A DNA stretch of 64,000 bases from Kiritimatiellia bacterium (GCA_027858965.1 JAQIBS010000167.1:31416-95415); one strand, 5' to 3'; positions 48,798 to 59,770 are shown, counted from the stretch's first letter. Made by a program: numbers and translations. The notes: a model not told the origin generated them from the letters alone.

Positions 48798-51700
48798 ATG
48801 AAAAAAAATAATGAATCCAACGTGTATAGGTGTAAATTGCGTGTTTTGACGGCAATCACTCTGATATCGTCCTTCACCGGGCTGCTGCCAGCAGAAGCCG
48901 GCGTACCGGTCGGGCAGTCAACGCTCATTGACACGCCGGATTACAGCGACACCTTTACCGTCAATACGGCCAGCCGGCCCGGGATTTCCTACTACAAGAA
49001 CCCGGATGCCATAGATCCCTACTACAACGTCGAAAGCGGAACACCCACCGTGCAGTGGCACCCGACCCAGAACTTCAGCTTCAATACCGATGCAAATGTC
49101 GAAGCGCCATATCCGGGCAATACCGGCAACACCGGTGCTGCCACCGGCATGGCCCAGACCGGCGGCTTCAACGCCAACTTCGCTTACGGCGTGCGGGACA
49201 CCTTTGTTGTCCAGATGGATGCAACTTTCGTGGGAACAGATCATATTAAGCTCGGCACCTACGCCAGCGTAGGCGATCAGAGCGGAGCGGCCGGCAGTCT
49301 GGTCGCCTATTTCCGACGCGGGACAATCGGTCTGGTCTCCATTGTCGAGACGTCAACCGGCATTAGCACCGGAATTGATGCTGCCGACACCTCCTGGCAC
49401 AATCTTGCGGTCGAATTCAACAAAGCCGACAATACCGTCTCTTTCTTCGTTGATGAAGTGCTGAAAGGCACCCTTGACCTGACAACCTTTGCGGGCGGAG
49501 CCTACCTCAACTACTCCAACGGCGCTGTCGGCGCGGGAGTAAGCGGATATGTGGGCTGGTTCGACAATTTCCAGGTCGGCAAGCCGAAGGGGTTTGTCGA
49601 CGGCACTCTGATAAATGGTCACCGTACCGAGCAAACAAGCGTGAGCGGTAACGATTCGATCACAACACTGGTTGATGCCGGCCGGCTGATCAAGCAGGGC
49701 GCAGGTACCCTGAGCATCACCAATGCCCACATATATAATGGCACCATAGAGGTCGCGGATGGCACACTGGACATTGGAACCGGCACAAGCGATCTTCCTT
49801 CAGCTCTGAGATCCGGCCTTGCTTTCTGGGTGGATGCCAACCGCAATGTCGAAGTCAACGGCGGTGAAGTGACCTGCTGGTATGATGTGCGTGAAGATTC
49901 CGGCGGCGTGACCTATCCCATGGCGCGCCGGTTTGTGTCAACCAATGCGGTCGTCGACCCAGGCCCGACATGGGTGCAGGGCGGCGATGACGTATCCGGC
50001 CTCAAGCTCGTTGATTTCGGTGCCTATGGCAGCGGAAAGTGGCTGCAGTGGCAGGATGCGGAAAGCAACCGTCTGAGCATCGCGAATATCCGCACGGTCT
50101 TCATGGTCGTCTCCTGCACCAACGGCTACGGCTTCCTGCTGGGAGACTGGGATGACGCCATCGCGAACACCAACGCCGGCACCGGCGACTTCCACACGGG
50201 CGGCAACACAGGAGACGGCAATCCGGCAGGTGTGGCGCTTAAGGGGGCCAGCTGGTGGAACGGAAGCGCCTCTCCCTATGTGTACAGGGGGCAGACCTTC
50301 ATTAATGGAGATTACGTGAATGGTGTGGGACAGACGGTATCCTCCATCGGCGAGCTGATGTCGTTGGCGGCGACCGGCAACACACAGGCTTCGAACTTCG
50401 GCAACAACCGCAACTTCAAGGCGAGCGACGGTCTCCCGGGCGTCAATATCGACCGACAGGGCGGCGGACGGATCGGCGAGGTTTTGATCTACTCATCGGC
50501 GCTAACGATCAGCCAGCGACTCCAGATTGAGTCGTACCTGATGAAAAAATGGTTTGGCCAGGGTCTCGGCTCACTCCGTATAGACGAAGGCGCGGTAGCG
50601 ACACTGCATGCCGACGGCACAAACAACCTGTCAAACGCAACCATCTCCGGTATCGGCACACTGAATATGCAAGGATCCGGCACCCTGCAGGTCTCTGATA
50701 TGGCCGATCCCCTCCTTCCGCCGGTACGCCTCAACGCAGGTGCGGGTATTGACAGCGGCACCCTGTACCAGCGGACAGACCAGCCCTATATGCTGGAAGG
50801 CGGTTCCCTCTACAGCGTCTCCAACGGTCTCTCCTCACGGCAGTCATTGGAGGACGGAACTCGCATTGAAAAAAGCGGTGACGGCGTGCTGACCGCCGCG
50901 TCAATCGAAGCCGGCGTCCAGCGAGTGGAGGTCAAAGCCGGCACCCTGCGTCTGGCCCCTCCGCTGCCCGGCACGGCTGCTTTAACCAATGCTCTGGAAA
51001 ACGCCAGTTTCGAAACCTTCACATCTGTGGGCACAGGCGGAGACGCCAACTGGGGCTACACCCCCACGGGCACAGGCTGGACCATCACAGAAGACCTCTC
51101 CTCCGGCAACTCATTAGAATGGTCCGGAGCAGGACTGGCTAGATGCTCAGCAGGCACACCCTGGTGTGCAGCCCAAATCGCACCTGAAGGCGACTGGTGC
51201 ATCTTCCTGAAACGTGCCGGGGAAATTAAACGCACTTTTGAAGTGCCGGTTTCCGGCCGCTATGAGATCTCTTTCTACACCTCCGCCCGACCAAACTGGA
51301 ACAACCATCTCTACCAGGTTCTGGTCGACACGACCAATGTCATCGGAAGTGTACGAACCAAAAAAACAACGTTCGGACTTATTACCTGCACCACGCCCCC
51401 ACTTTCAGCCGGCACCCATACGCTCTGCTTCAAGGGAATTTATGGGACCAGCGACGGGGCATCAAATATTGATGCCATCGAAATCAAGCTGTTCAACGGA
51501 ATGGATTATGTGAAAGTTCCTAACGCTGACTTCGAAGAACCGGATGTCCCTGTTGTAAATCTTGCAGGGAACGATTACTATTTTGCATACAACCCCTCCG
51601 GTGCGAGCTGGAATTTTATTCCCGCCCCGGCAGTCACCAACAGCGGCATCACAAGCGGCAACAATGTCTGGTACTACACCCAGATGAAAAATGGCGGTCA

Positions 51701-52739
51701 AGCGGCATTTTTGCGCCAGACAGGAGGGATGTCCACCTCGATCACCTTCCCGACAACAGGGGTCTACCGGCTTTCGTTTCGAGCCGCCGCACGGGTTGGA
51801 GACTGGGGAGATCTTTTCAGCTGGTACAACGGTCATGACTTGGAGATCTCGCTTGGCGGCACGCTGACAGCCCGCATGACAACGTGGAAGCCGGATTTCG
51901 AAACGGTCTCATACGTCCTGCCGGTCATCGAAGAGGGGGATCCGCTGACGCAGACCCTGACCTTCACCGGTTTGAACTCCGCAGGGGGCGACCGGGCAAC
52001 GCTCATCGACGAAGTCAGCATCTGTCGCATGCCTACCTTTGCCAACCCAGGTTTTGAAAGCTCCGCCACGCTGGCAAACGGGACCTGGGAGGCTGGCATC
52101 GAGAATGCGGGATGGTCGTTCGATCTCGGAGCGGGAGCAACGAGCCAAAGCGGCATTGCACAGACCGGTTCTGATTGGGGCAACACCGCGCCGGACGGGG
52201 GATGCAATGCCTTCCTGCAGATGATCGCCCAAATCAGTCAGACAATCACATTTGATGAGGCCGGCACCTATGAAATCTCTTTTCTAGCCGCAGGCCGGCC
52301 TCAGAACCAAAATTATCTGAACCACGACTTCCAGGTAACCTTCGACGGCATGAAAGTGGGGTATGTCCGCACAGTGGACGGCACCTTTCGCCGGTACACG
52401 TTCCGTCTACCCTTCGTGAAAGCGAATGTTCCTTACGTTCTGGCCTTCGAGGGCATCAACCACGGCGACACCACGGACCGCGCCTCCTTTATTGACTCAG
52501 TTATACTCACAAAAATCGAGGAACCCACATTCGATCCCGCCGCCTTTGCCAAAACTGAAATCGCCCTCTCGGCTGGAACCACATTGGAGCTCGACTACGA
52601 TGGTCTCCTCACAATGGAACGCATCATCTACAGCGGACGTTCATACTCCGGCATGATGACAGCCGAAAACACACCCTTTATTCAAGGCACCGGATCGCTC
52701 TATGCAACCCCTCAAGGAACTATAATCATTCTACAATAA
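48798..52739 (+). CDS. Large secreted non-catalytic multidomain protein (LamG-like, autotransporter-associated repeats, three CBM-like domains)
   Basis: Signal peptide ending AEA; KQGAGTL and KSGDGVL repeats; GEVLIYSSAL..YLMKKW; three NxxFE..IDxV modules; ends QGTIIILQ. Confidence 0.75.
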   Translation: MKKNNESNVYRCKLRVLTAITLISSFTGLLPAEAGVPVGQSTLIDTPDYSDTFTVNTASRPGISYYKNPDAIDPYYNVESGTPTVQWHPTQNFSFNTDANVEAPYPGNTGNTGAATGMAQTGGFNANFAYGVRDTFVVQMDATFVGTDHIKLGTYASVGDQSGAAGSLVAYFRRGTIGLVSIVETSTGISTGIDAADTSWHNLAVEFNKADNTVSFFVDEVLKGTLDLTTFAGGAYLNYSNGAVGAGVSGYVGWFDNFQVGKPKGFVDGTLINGHRTEQTSVSGNDSITTLVDAGRLIKQGAGTLSITNAHIYNGTIEVADGTLDIGTGTSDLPSALRSGLAFWVDANRNVEVNGGEVTCWYDVREDSGGVTYPMARRFVSTNAVVDPGPTWVQGGDDVSGLKLVDFGAYGSGKWLQWQDAESNRLSIANIRTVFMVVSCTNGYGFLLGDWDDAIANTNAGTGDFHTGGNTGDGNPAGVALKGASWWNGSASPYVYRGQTFINGDYVNGVGQTVSSIGELMSLAATGNTQASNFGNNRNFKASDGLPGVNIDRQGGGRIGEVLIYSSALTISQRLQIESYLMKKWFGQGLGSLRIDEGAVATLHADGTNNLSNATISGIGTLNMQGSGTLQVSDMADPLLPPVRLNAGAGIDSGTLYQRTDQPYMLEGGSLYSVSNGLSSRQSLEDGTRIEKSGDGVLTAASIEAGVQRVEVKAGTLRLAPPLPGTAALTNALENASFETFTSVGTGGDANWGYTPTGTGWTITEDLSSGNSLEWSGAGLARCSAGTPWCAAQIAPEGDWCIFLKRAGEIKRTFEVPVSGRYEISFYTSARPNWNNHLYQVLVDTTNVIGSVRTKKTTFGLITCTTPPLSAGTHTLCFKGIYGTSDGASNIDAIEIKLFNGMDYVKVPNADFEEPDVPVVNLAGNDYYFAYNPSGASWNFIPAPAVTNSGITSGNNVWYYTQMKNGGQAAFLRQTGGMSTSITFPTTGVYRLSFRAAARVGDWGDLFSWYNGHDLEISLGGTLTARMTTWKPDFETVSYVLPVIEEGDPLTQTLTFTGLNSAGGDRATLIDEVSICRMPTFANPGFESSATLANGTWEAGIENAGWSFDLGAGATSQSGIAQTGSDWGNTAPDGGCNAFLQMIAQISQTITFDEAGTYEISFLAAGRPQNQNYLNHDFQVTFDGMKVGYVRTVDGTFRRYTFRLPFVKANVPYVLAFEGINHGDTTDRASFIDSVILTKIEEPTFDPAAFAKTEIALSAGTTLELDYDGLLTMERIIYSGRSYSGMMTAENTPFIQGTGSLYATPQGTIIILQ

Positions 52740-52768
52740 AGTAACAACGTTAAAACTTACGTATGCCG

Positions 52769-52799
52769 CAAGCTGTCTGACTCTCAGTCAGAGAGCTTG
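52769..52799 (+). terminator. Stem-loop, possible terminator or processing site
   Basis: caagctgtctgact-ctc-agtcagagagcttg followed by tttatt. Confidence 0.55.
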
Positions 52800-52870
52800 T
52801 TTATTACTCGATGACATATCTGATAACTGACCTATAACCCGATTAACTCTAAATACTTTCACGACTAATA

Positions 52871-55186
52871 ATGAAAACTTCGCTCCTCAGTTTATTTGCA
52901 CTTCTGATCACTCTCCCATTTACAGCAATAGCTCAGACGGCTTTTCAAGGTGCGCAATGGTTACGCGATCCACGCTTTAAGAACGAACCGACACTGGGCA
53001 TCTTCGACGTGCATCGCAAGAAGAGCCAAGAAGCCCGGCTTAAAAACATTCACACCTATTTTCGCAAATCATTCAATCTGCAGACACTCCCGCAACGGGC
53101 TGTCCTGCGATTTACGGCGGACGACTATGCAAAGCTGTATATCAACGGAACTTTTGTCATTCAGGGACCTGAACCCGCCTATCCTTTTGCTCATCCATAC
53201 TATGATGTCGATGTAACAAAATATCTGTGCACCGGTGAAAACGTACTGGCGGCGCACACCTACTATCACGGTTTAGCAACACGAGCGTTCAACTCTGCTG
53301 ACAACCGCAGCGGTTTGATTGCGCAACTAGTCTTAACCACAGAGGGCCTTCCTGAACAACGCATTGTAACTGACAAATCATGGCGCTGTTTCGCCTCCCG
53401 GACATTCTCTTCTGACAAGGTGTTTGGTTATGAAACGCAGTTTAATGAGAATATGGATCTTAATCTTGAACCGATCAACTGGCGAAAGCCAGGCTTTGCT
53501 GACACCACATGGAGCGCACCATTAACCGGCTTTCAGGATCACACTTTTATCGCTGCAATCACAGCCCCGCTGCAACACACAAACGCCTTTCCCATCGCTT
53601 TAAAGCAGACAGAGACAAATCGCTGGTTCGCAGATATGGGCACCGAAGTAGTTGGCCACACGCGCATTCGTGTCAAGGGATACCCCGGCCAGATCATCAC
53701 AGTCTGGCACGGAGAAGAACTCTCAGCACCCAATGTTGTCCGTCATAAAATGCGCTGTAACTGCGATTATGTCGATCAGATCACTTTGACTGAAGGTAAC
53801 AACCTGATCGAGTTTTTCGACTACCGCGCCTTTCGTTACGTCGAAATAATTGGAACAACCAATACGCCCGACATTCAGGTGGATGTCCGACACTATCCTT
53901 TTGAATGGACAGCCAGTAGCTGCCAATCGTCCGATACAGCTCTGAACAGGATCTGGGAAATATCCAAACGCGGAGTACAGATGGGCAGTCAGGGCATATT
54001 CGTCGACTGCCCCTCACGGGAGAAGGGGCAATATACCGGCGACACCTACATGACAGTTCTCTCACAGCTCCTTCTGACTGGTGATCCGTCTCTAACCCGC
54101 AAGGCACTTATTGATTTCCAACAGACCCAACGGTTTGATCCCGGCATGTTATGTGTGGCACCCGGCGGATTCTGGCAGGAGTTGGCGGAGTGGTCTTTGC
54201 TGTGGCCGCAGATGGTTGTTTATTACTATCGAGTGACAGGAGACAAAGCCCTCGTTAAAACCTTAGTTGAAGCGGGTGCGACTGAAAAACTGATGAGGTA
54301 TTTCTCAAAACTGGAACGTGAAGACGGCCTGTTGAGTGGAGTGGACCGGCACAAGTGGGTTCTGGTCGATTGGCCCTCCAACCTGCGGGGCGGCTACGAC
54401 TACGACAAAACTAAAAACGGTGTGAATACTGTGATCAACGCCTTCTATTATGGATCTTTGCTAGCCGTTGCAGAGATGATGCGTATTGCTGACCGTCCTG
54501 ATCTGGAATACACCAACAAAGCCGAACGACTCGAAAAAGCCTTTAACAAATCTTTGCTGGACCCAGCCAGCGGCTTGTATATTGACGGCATCCATGAAGA
54601 TGATACCCGTTCATCGAAAACAAGCCTCCATGCAAACGGGTTTCCGCTCTATTTCGGATTGGTGCCCGAAACAAATCAAACAGCGGTTGTCAACTTGATC
54701 CGGCAGCAACGTCTCAACTGCGGAATCTACGGTGGACCTTATTTTATTGCCGCCCTGTTTAAGAACGGCCACTCCGACCTCGCCTACGATCTGCTGACCA
54801 GCAAAGATACCCACTCATGGAACCAGATGCTCAAAGAGGGAGCAACGACCACATTCGAAGCATGGGGCGCAGATCAGAAGTGGAATACAAGCCTCTGTCA
54901 CCCGGCAGCAGGAATGCCGGTCTGGATTATCATCGAACATCTGATGGGACTGACACCTGCTGAACCGGGTTTCAAAACAGTGCGGGTTGCGCCGCGTATC
55001 CCCGCTGCCCTCACCTCCATTGAAGTCAGATTTCCGACCGTGTCCGGCACCATCTCGGCCCTCTATAAAAAGGACAAAGGCTATTTTTTATCCGTTCCTG
55101 AAAACACCCCTGTCATCGACGATACCCCACAGCACATTAAGTTAAAACTCGTTAATACCCTCCCGCCTGAAGAAAGTGTAAAATAG
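52871..55186 (+). CDS. GH78 alpha-L-rhamnosidase-family protein
   Basis: Signal peptide; TADD, FRYVE, DCPSREKGQYTGD, GATTTFEAW, SLCHP. Confidence 0.88.
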   Translation: MKTSLLSLFALLITLPFTAIAQTAFQGAQWLRDPRFKNEPTLGIFDVHRKKSQEARLKNIHTYFRKSFNLQTLPQRAVLRFTADDYAKLYINGTFVIQGPEPAYPFAHPYYDVDVTKYLCTGENVLAAHTYYHGLATRAFNSADNRSGLIAQLVLTTEGLPEQRIVTDKSWRCFASRTFSSDKVFGYETQFNENMDLNLEPINWRKPGFADTTWSAPLTGFQDHTFIAAITAPLQHTNAFPIALKQTETNRWFADMGTEVVGHTRIRVKGYPGQIITVWHGEELSAPNVVRHKMRCNCDYVDQITLTEGNNLIEFFDYRAFRYVEIIGTTNTPDIQVDVRHYPFEWTASSCQSSDTALNRIWEISKRGVQMGSQGIFVDCPSREKGQYTGDTYMTVLSQLLLTGDPSLTRKALIDFQQTQRFDPGMLCVAPGGFWQELAEWSLLWPQMVVYYYRVTGDKALVKTLVEAGATEKLMRYFSKLEREDGLLSGVDRHKWVLVDWPSNLRGGYDYDKTKNGVNTVINAFYYGSLLAVAEMMRIADRPDLEYTNKAERLEKAFNKSLLDPASGLYIDGIHEDDTRSSKTSLHANGFPLYFGLVPETNQTAVVNLIRQQRLNCGIYGGPYFIAALFKNGHSDLAYDLLTSKDTHSWNQMLKEGATTTFEAWGADQKWNTSLCHPAAGMPVWIIIEHLMGLTPAEPGFKTVRVAPRIPAALTSIEVRFPTVSGTISALYKKDKGYFLSVPENTPVIDDTPQHIKLKLVNTLPPEESVK

Positions 55187-55258
55187 ACAACCTCATTTAA
55201 TTCTTTACCCACCTTATCGAATCCGAATTCAGAATTTTATTCAAACCGAAAGGCATTC

Positions 55259-58200
55259 ATGATCTCATTCAAATCATCCTATTCCCTGCTTCTCCTATTT
55301 TTTATGCTCATTTCAATCGCTAATGGCCTGAGTGTTGATAATCTGCGTTGCGAGTATCTTGAAAATCCCATCGGTATTGATATTGCATCACCCCGTCTCT
55401 CATGGATACTGCAGTCGAACGAACGCGGACAGAGGCAGACCGCCTATCAGGTGATCGTGTCCAGCACACCGGAGTTACTGGCTACGGAACAGGGCGATCT
55501 GTGGGACAGCGGCAAAGTTGTCTCTGATCGGACTCTTCATATTGTCTATGCCGGTTCTGCTCTGACAGCCCGGCAGCAGTGTCACTGGAAAGTCCGCACA
55601 TGGGACAAAAACAACCAGCCCTCGCCCTGGAGTCCCCCAGCGAGATGGAGTATGGGTCTGCTGCAGCTCTCCGACTGGGGTGGCGCAGACTGGATCGCCT
55701 TCACCTCCCCTACGGCAACATCCAACGCCCACAACGGCTATCACTGCATCATGACAAACACCGCCGATGTTTCCAAATGGGTAGCCGTTGATCTGGGTAC
55801 CGCACAGTCAGTCGAGGCTGTACGCCTCCACCCCACCCGTCCTTACGACTGGCCAACGGATACCCCCGGATTTCTCTTCCCCGTCCGCTTCAAAATTGAA
55901 ACTGCGCTGAATGCCGATTTCTCTGATGCCGTCACCGTGGTTGACCAGACAGCCGCCGATGTACCCAATCCCGGTACCAACGCACCACTCTATGCCTTTA
56001 CAGCACGCTCAGCCCGGTACATACGTCTGAACGTCACCAGATTGGCTCTGCGCGATCCCGGCAACTACGCCTTCACCCTGGCCGAACTGCAAACCCTCTC
56101 GGGTGGCACCAATGTGGCGCAGGGTGCCGCGGTCTCAGCACTCGACAGCATCGAATTGGGTGGCTGGTCAAAAACAAAACTGACCGACGGACGCCTGCTG
56201 CCCGACCCAGGGACGCCTGTTGCGAGCCCACCGGCCACCATGCTGCGTAAGGAGTTTACACTGAGCAGTCCCGCAAAACGTGCGGTCGTATCAGTCACAG
56301 GACTCGGCCTTTACGAGCTGTGGATCAACGGGCAGCGGGTCGGCGACCACCTGCTGGCTCCCGAGTGGACCTGCTACAAAAAACGGATTCAGTACCAGAC
56401 ATATGATGTCACATCACTCCTGCAGGAGGGTGCTAATGTTATCGGGGCCCAACTCTGCGGTGGCTGGTGGTCCGGTCCCCTTATGACCATGCCCGCGGTA
56501 ACAGCACCTCAATACTGCCTGTTGCTTCGGATGGACACTGAACTGAACGATGACACAACGCAAACCCTTGTAAGTGATGGTTCGTGGCAGGCGACCGATG
56601 CAGGTCCGATCCGCCGTTCGGAGATCTATTACGGTGAAATCTATGATGCCACCAAAGAGCAACCGGGATGGAACCAGACCGGATTTGACGCCACTGGCTG
56701 GATTCCGACCGTTACCCTGACAGCCCCAGCAGGATCAGAAAACACACCGCTCGTGGCACAGCCAAGTGAACCCATCCGTGTCACAGAGGAGCTGACACCT
56801 GTAAACATCACTCAACCCACACCCGGCACCTATGTCTTTGATATGGGACAGAACATGGTCGGCTGGTGCCGGTTGCATACGGATGCCCCCGCCGGTACGC
56901 AGATCTCCATGCGCTTCGGCGAGGCACTGAACGAGGATGGCACCGTCTATCTGGCCAACCTCCGAGGAGCAACCCAAGTCAATACCTACACCTGGCGGGG
57001 CGGAGAGGCCACACTCGAACCGCATTTTACCTATTTCGGCTTCCGTTACGTTCAGGTCACGGGACTGACCACACCGCCGAACACTGGCACCCTGCTCGGC
57101 CGGGTCTTTCACTCCAGCGCTCCGGAAACAGGAACCTTCTCCAGCTCCAATGAACTGCTCAATTCCATCATGCGCTGCGTCGACTGGGTTCAACGTGCTA
57201 ATATGCACAGCGCCCCCACCGACTGTCCTCAGCGGGATGAACGACTAGGCTGGATGGGGGATATTCTCTCTTTCTCACAGACCGCCATCTTCAACCGGAA
57301 CATGGCCGGATTCTTCACCAAGTGGATTCCTGATATTCGCGATTCGCAGGCCGATGACGGACGTTATCCGGATTTTGCACCGCATCTCGGCGATCCCAAT
57401 GGTAATTTCAACAGTGTCCCCGGATGGGGCGATGCCGGCACTGTTGTGCCATGGCGCATGTATCAGAACTATGCTGATACCCGCATTCTGGAACAGCACT
57501 TCGATTCAGCTAAACGATGGGTAGATTTCATCCATAACGCCAACCCCAACCTCCTCTGGCAGAACAGCCGCGGCAATGACTATAACGACTGGCTCAACGG
57601 CGATACGCTTATTCTTGACGGTTACCCACGCGGCATCAGTGAAATTCCAAAGGAGATATTCGCCACCGCCTTCTTTGCTCGCTCAACCGAGATCGTGGCA
57701 AAAATGGCCAAGACTCTGGGACGCACCGAGGATGCCGCCACCTATACTACTCTTCACAACTCAATCAAAGCCGCATTCAACGCCGCTTACGTCACACCGG
57801 AAGGCCGCATCAACGGCGAAACACAGGCTGGCTATGCGCTGGCGCTGAACTTCAATCTGCTTGACCCCAATCTGCGGCCTCAAGCCGCAAGTCACCTGCT
57901 GGAGTCCATTGCCGCCTACAAGTCCCATCCCTCAACCGGCATCCACGCAACCCACCGCATGCTGTTGGAGCTCTCTGCCAACGGACAGCACGAAGAGGCC
58001 TGCCGCCTCGTCAATCTCCGTACCGTCCCCTCCTGGGGTTATATGATTGATATGGGGGCGACAACCATCTGGGAACGATGGGACGGCTATGTTGAAGGAC
58101 GCGGCTTTCAGAACCCCGGCATGAACTCGATGAACCACTGGGCCTTCGGTTCAGTCGGCGAATGGGTCTGGCGGACACTGGTCGGCATCAATCCCGATGA

Positions 58201-59770
58201 GTCGCAGCCGGGTTTCAAACACATCATCTTTCATCCGCGTCCCGGCGGTGGCCTCACCTGGGCCAAAGGCCGCTACGAATCCATCCGCGGACCGATCGTC
58301 AGCGAGTGGGCCATCCAGGCCAACACCCTCTCGATGCACATCGAAATCCCGCCCAATACATCTGCAACCGTTTTTATTCCCACCGCGAATGCCGCTGCCA
58401 TTACCGAAGGCGGCACATCGGCTGCCCAAACTAGCGGACTGACATTCCTGCGTATGGAGGAGGAGTGCGCTGTTTATGAGGCTGAACCGGGCAGCTACTC
58501 CTTTGAAGGGCCCGCCCCGGCAACCAGCGCAGCGGACCGTACCGAGGTTCATGTATCCAATCCGGGCTTTGAAATACCGACCGAACTGGCGACCTCAACA
58601 AACGACTCCTACTATGAGTACAATCCGTCCGGAGCAGGCTGGACCTTTATTGATAATCCGGCGGTCACCAACAGCGGAATCACGGAAGGTAACGGGGTCT
58701 GGTACTACACCCACATGGCTGAAGGGAACCATGCCGCCTTCCTGCGCCAGACAGGTCAGGTGTCAACACCGGTCACCTTTCCGGCGGCAGGTGTCTACCG
58801 TCTGACCTTTCAGAGTGCCGCACGCGTAGCCGACTGGGGGATTTCATTCCAATGGTACAACGGCCATGATTTCGATATCCAGCTCAACGGCAGGCAGGTT
58901 GCCCGTCTGCAGACATGGGATGCCAAATTTGCAAAACGTTCGTTTGTTCTGCCAGTCATTAAGGAGGGAGATCCGCTGACCCAGACGCTGAGCTTCACGG
59001 GAGTGAACTCACAGGGCGATGACAGGACCTCACTCATCGATGATATCGGCATCACCCGGATGCCGACTTTCGGCAATCCCGGTTTCGAAAGCGATGCAAC
59101 CCTGGCAAACGGCACATGGGAGGCGGGTATCACAAATGCTGGCTGGGAATTTTGTGCAGGTGAAAATCAAACCTCCCAAAGCGGCATTGCCCTAGCGGAT
59201 TCCGACTGGGGCAATACCGTTCCGGAAGGACTCTCCTGCGCCTTTCTGCAGATGACAGCCACCATCCGACAGACGATCACCTTCGAGACCGGCGGAACCT
59301 ACGCGCTTTCATTTCTCACCGCTGCCCGCAGTCAACAGAGCCGATACATGAACCACGATTTCAATGTACTCTTCAACGGTATGGTCGTGGGATATGTCCG
59401 CACTGCCGAAGCCGCATACCGGCGTTACTCCTTCAGACTGCCGCTGGTCAAAGCGGGAGTCCCTTATGTCCTCTCCTTTGAAGGCATCAACCAGGGTGAT
59501 GCCACTGACCGCGCCTCGTTTCTCGACTCAGTCATGATTGTCAAAACAGATGATCCCGCTTTCGACCCTGCCGCCTTTGCTAAAACATCTCTGAATCTGT
59601 CGCCCGGAACCATGCTGGAACTGGACTACGACGGTCTGCTCAGGATGGACCAAATCGCTTATGACGGGCACTCATTGACCGGTCTGCTGAACGCGGACAA
59701 CACACCTTTCATTCAAGGATCCGGTTACATCTATGCCGCTGTCGTAGGGACTTTGATCAACGTTCAGTAA
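55259..59770 (+). CDS. GH78 alpha-L-rhamnosidase with inserted discoidin-like domain and C-terminal CBM-like cassette
   Basis: LRCEY..PRLSW, DCPQRDERLGWMGD, GATTIWERW, NSMNH; VDLG..ARYIRL insert; ends VGTLINVQ. Confidence 0.92.
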   Translation: MISFKSSYSLLLLFFMLISIANGLSVDNLRCEYLENPIGIDIASPRLSWILQSNERGQRQTAYQVIVSSTPELLATEQGDLWDSGKVVSDRTLHIVYAGSALTARQQCHWKVRTWDKNNQPSPWSPPARWSMGLLQLSDWGGADWIAFTSPTATSNAHNGYHCIMTNTADVSKWVAVDLGTAQSVEAVRLHPTRPYDWPTDTPGFLFPVRFKIETALNADFSDAVTVVDQTAADVPNPGTNAPLYAFTARSARYIRLNVTRLALRDPGNYAFTLAELQTLSGGTNVAQGAAVSALDSIELGGWSKTKLTDGRLLPDPGTPVASPPATMLRKEFTLSSPAKRAVVSVTGLGLYELWINGQRVGDHLLAPEWTCYKKRIQYQTYDVTSLLQEGANVIGAQLCGGWWSGPLMTMPAVTAPQYCLLLRMDTELNDDTTQTLVSDGSWQATDAGPIRRSEIYYGEIYDATKEQPGWNQTGFDATGWIPTVTLTAPAGSENTPLVAQPSEPIRVTEELTPVNITQPTPGTYVFDMGQNMVGWCRLHTDAPAGTQISMRFGEALNEDGTVYLANLRGATQVNTYTWRGGEATLEPHFTYFGFRYVQVTGLTTPPNTGTLLGRVFHSSAPETGTFSSSNELLNSIMRCVDWVQRANMHSAPTDCPQRDERLGWMGDILSFSQTAIFNRNMAGFFTKWIPDIRDSQADDGRYPDFAPHLGDPNGNFNSVPGWGDAGTVVPWRMYQNYADTRILEQHFDSAKRWVDFIHNANPNLLWQNSRGNDYNDWLNGDTLILDGYPRGISEIPKEIFATAFFARSTEIVAKMAKTLGRTEDAATYTTLHNSIKAAFNAAYVTPEGRINGETQAGYALALNFNLLDPNLRPQAASHLLESIAAYKSHPSTGIHATHRMLLELSANGQHEEACRLVNLRTVPSWGYMIDMGATTIWERWDGYVEGRGFQNPGMNSMNHWAFGSVGEWVWRTLVGINPDESQPGFKHIIFHPRPGGGLTWAKGRYESIRGPIVSEWAIQANTLSMHIEIPPNTSATVFIPTANAAAITEGGTSAAQTSGLTFLRMEEECAVYEAEPGSYSFEGPAPATSAADRTEVHVSNPGFEIPTELATSTNDSYYEYNPSGAGWTFIDNPAVTNSGITEGNGVWYYTHMAEGNHAAFLRQTGQVSTPVTFPAAGVYRLTFQSAARVADWGISFQWYNGHDFDIQLNGRQVARLQTWDAKFAKRSFVLPVIKEGDPLTQTLSFTGVNSQGDDRTSLIDDIGITRMPTFGNPGFESDATLANGTWEAGITNAGWEFCAGENQTSQSGIALADSDWGNTVPEGLSCAFLQMTATIRQTITFETGGTYALSFLTAARSQQSRYMNHDFNVLFNGMVVGYVRTAEAAYRRYSFRLPLVKAGVPYVLSFEGINQGDATDRASFLDSVMIVKTDDPAFDPAAFAKTSLNLSPGTMLELDYDGLLRMDQIAYDGHSLTGLLNADNTPFIQGSGYIYAAVVGTLINVQ

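Noticed and set aside
51510-59770. Duplicated region as a DGR template/variable pair
   Set aside because: Both copies coding, too long, substitutions at all bases, no reverse transcriptase
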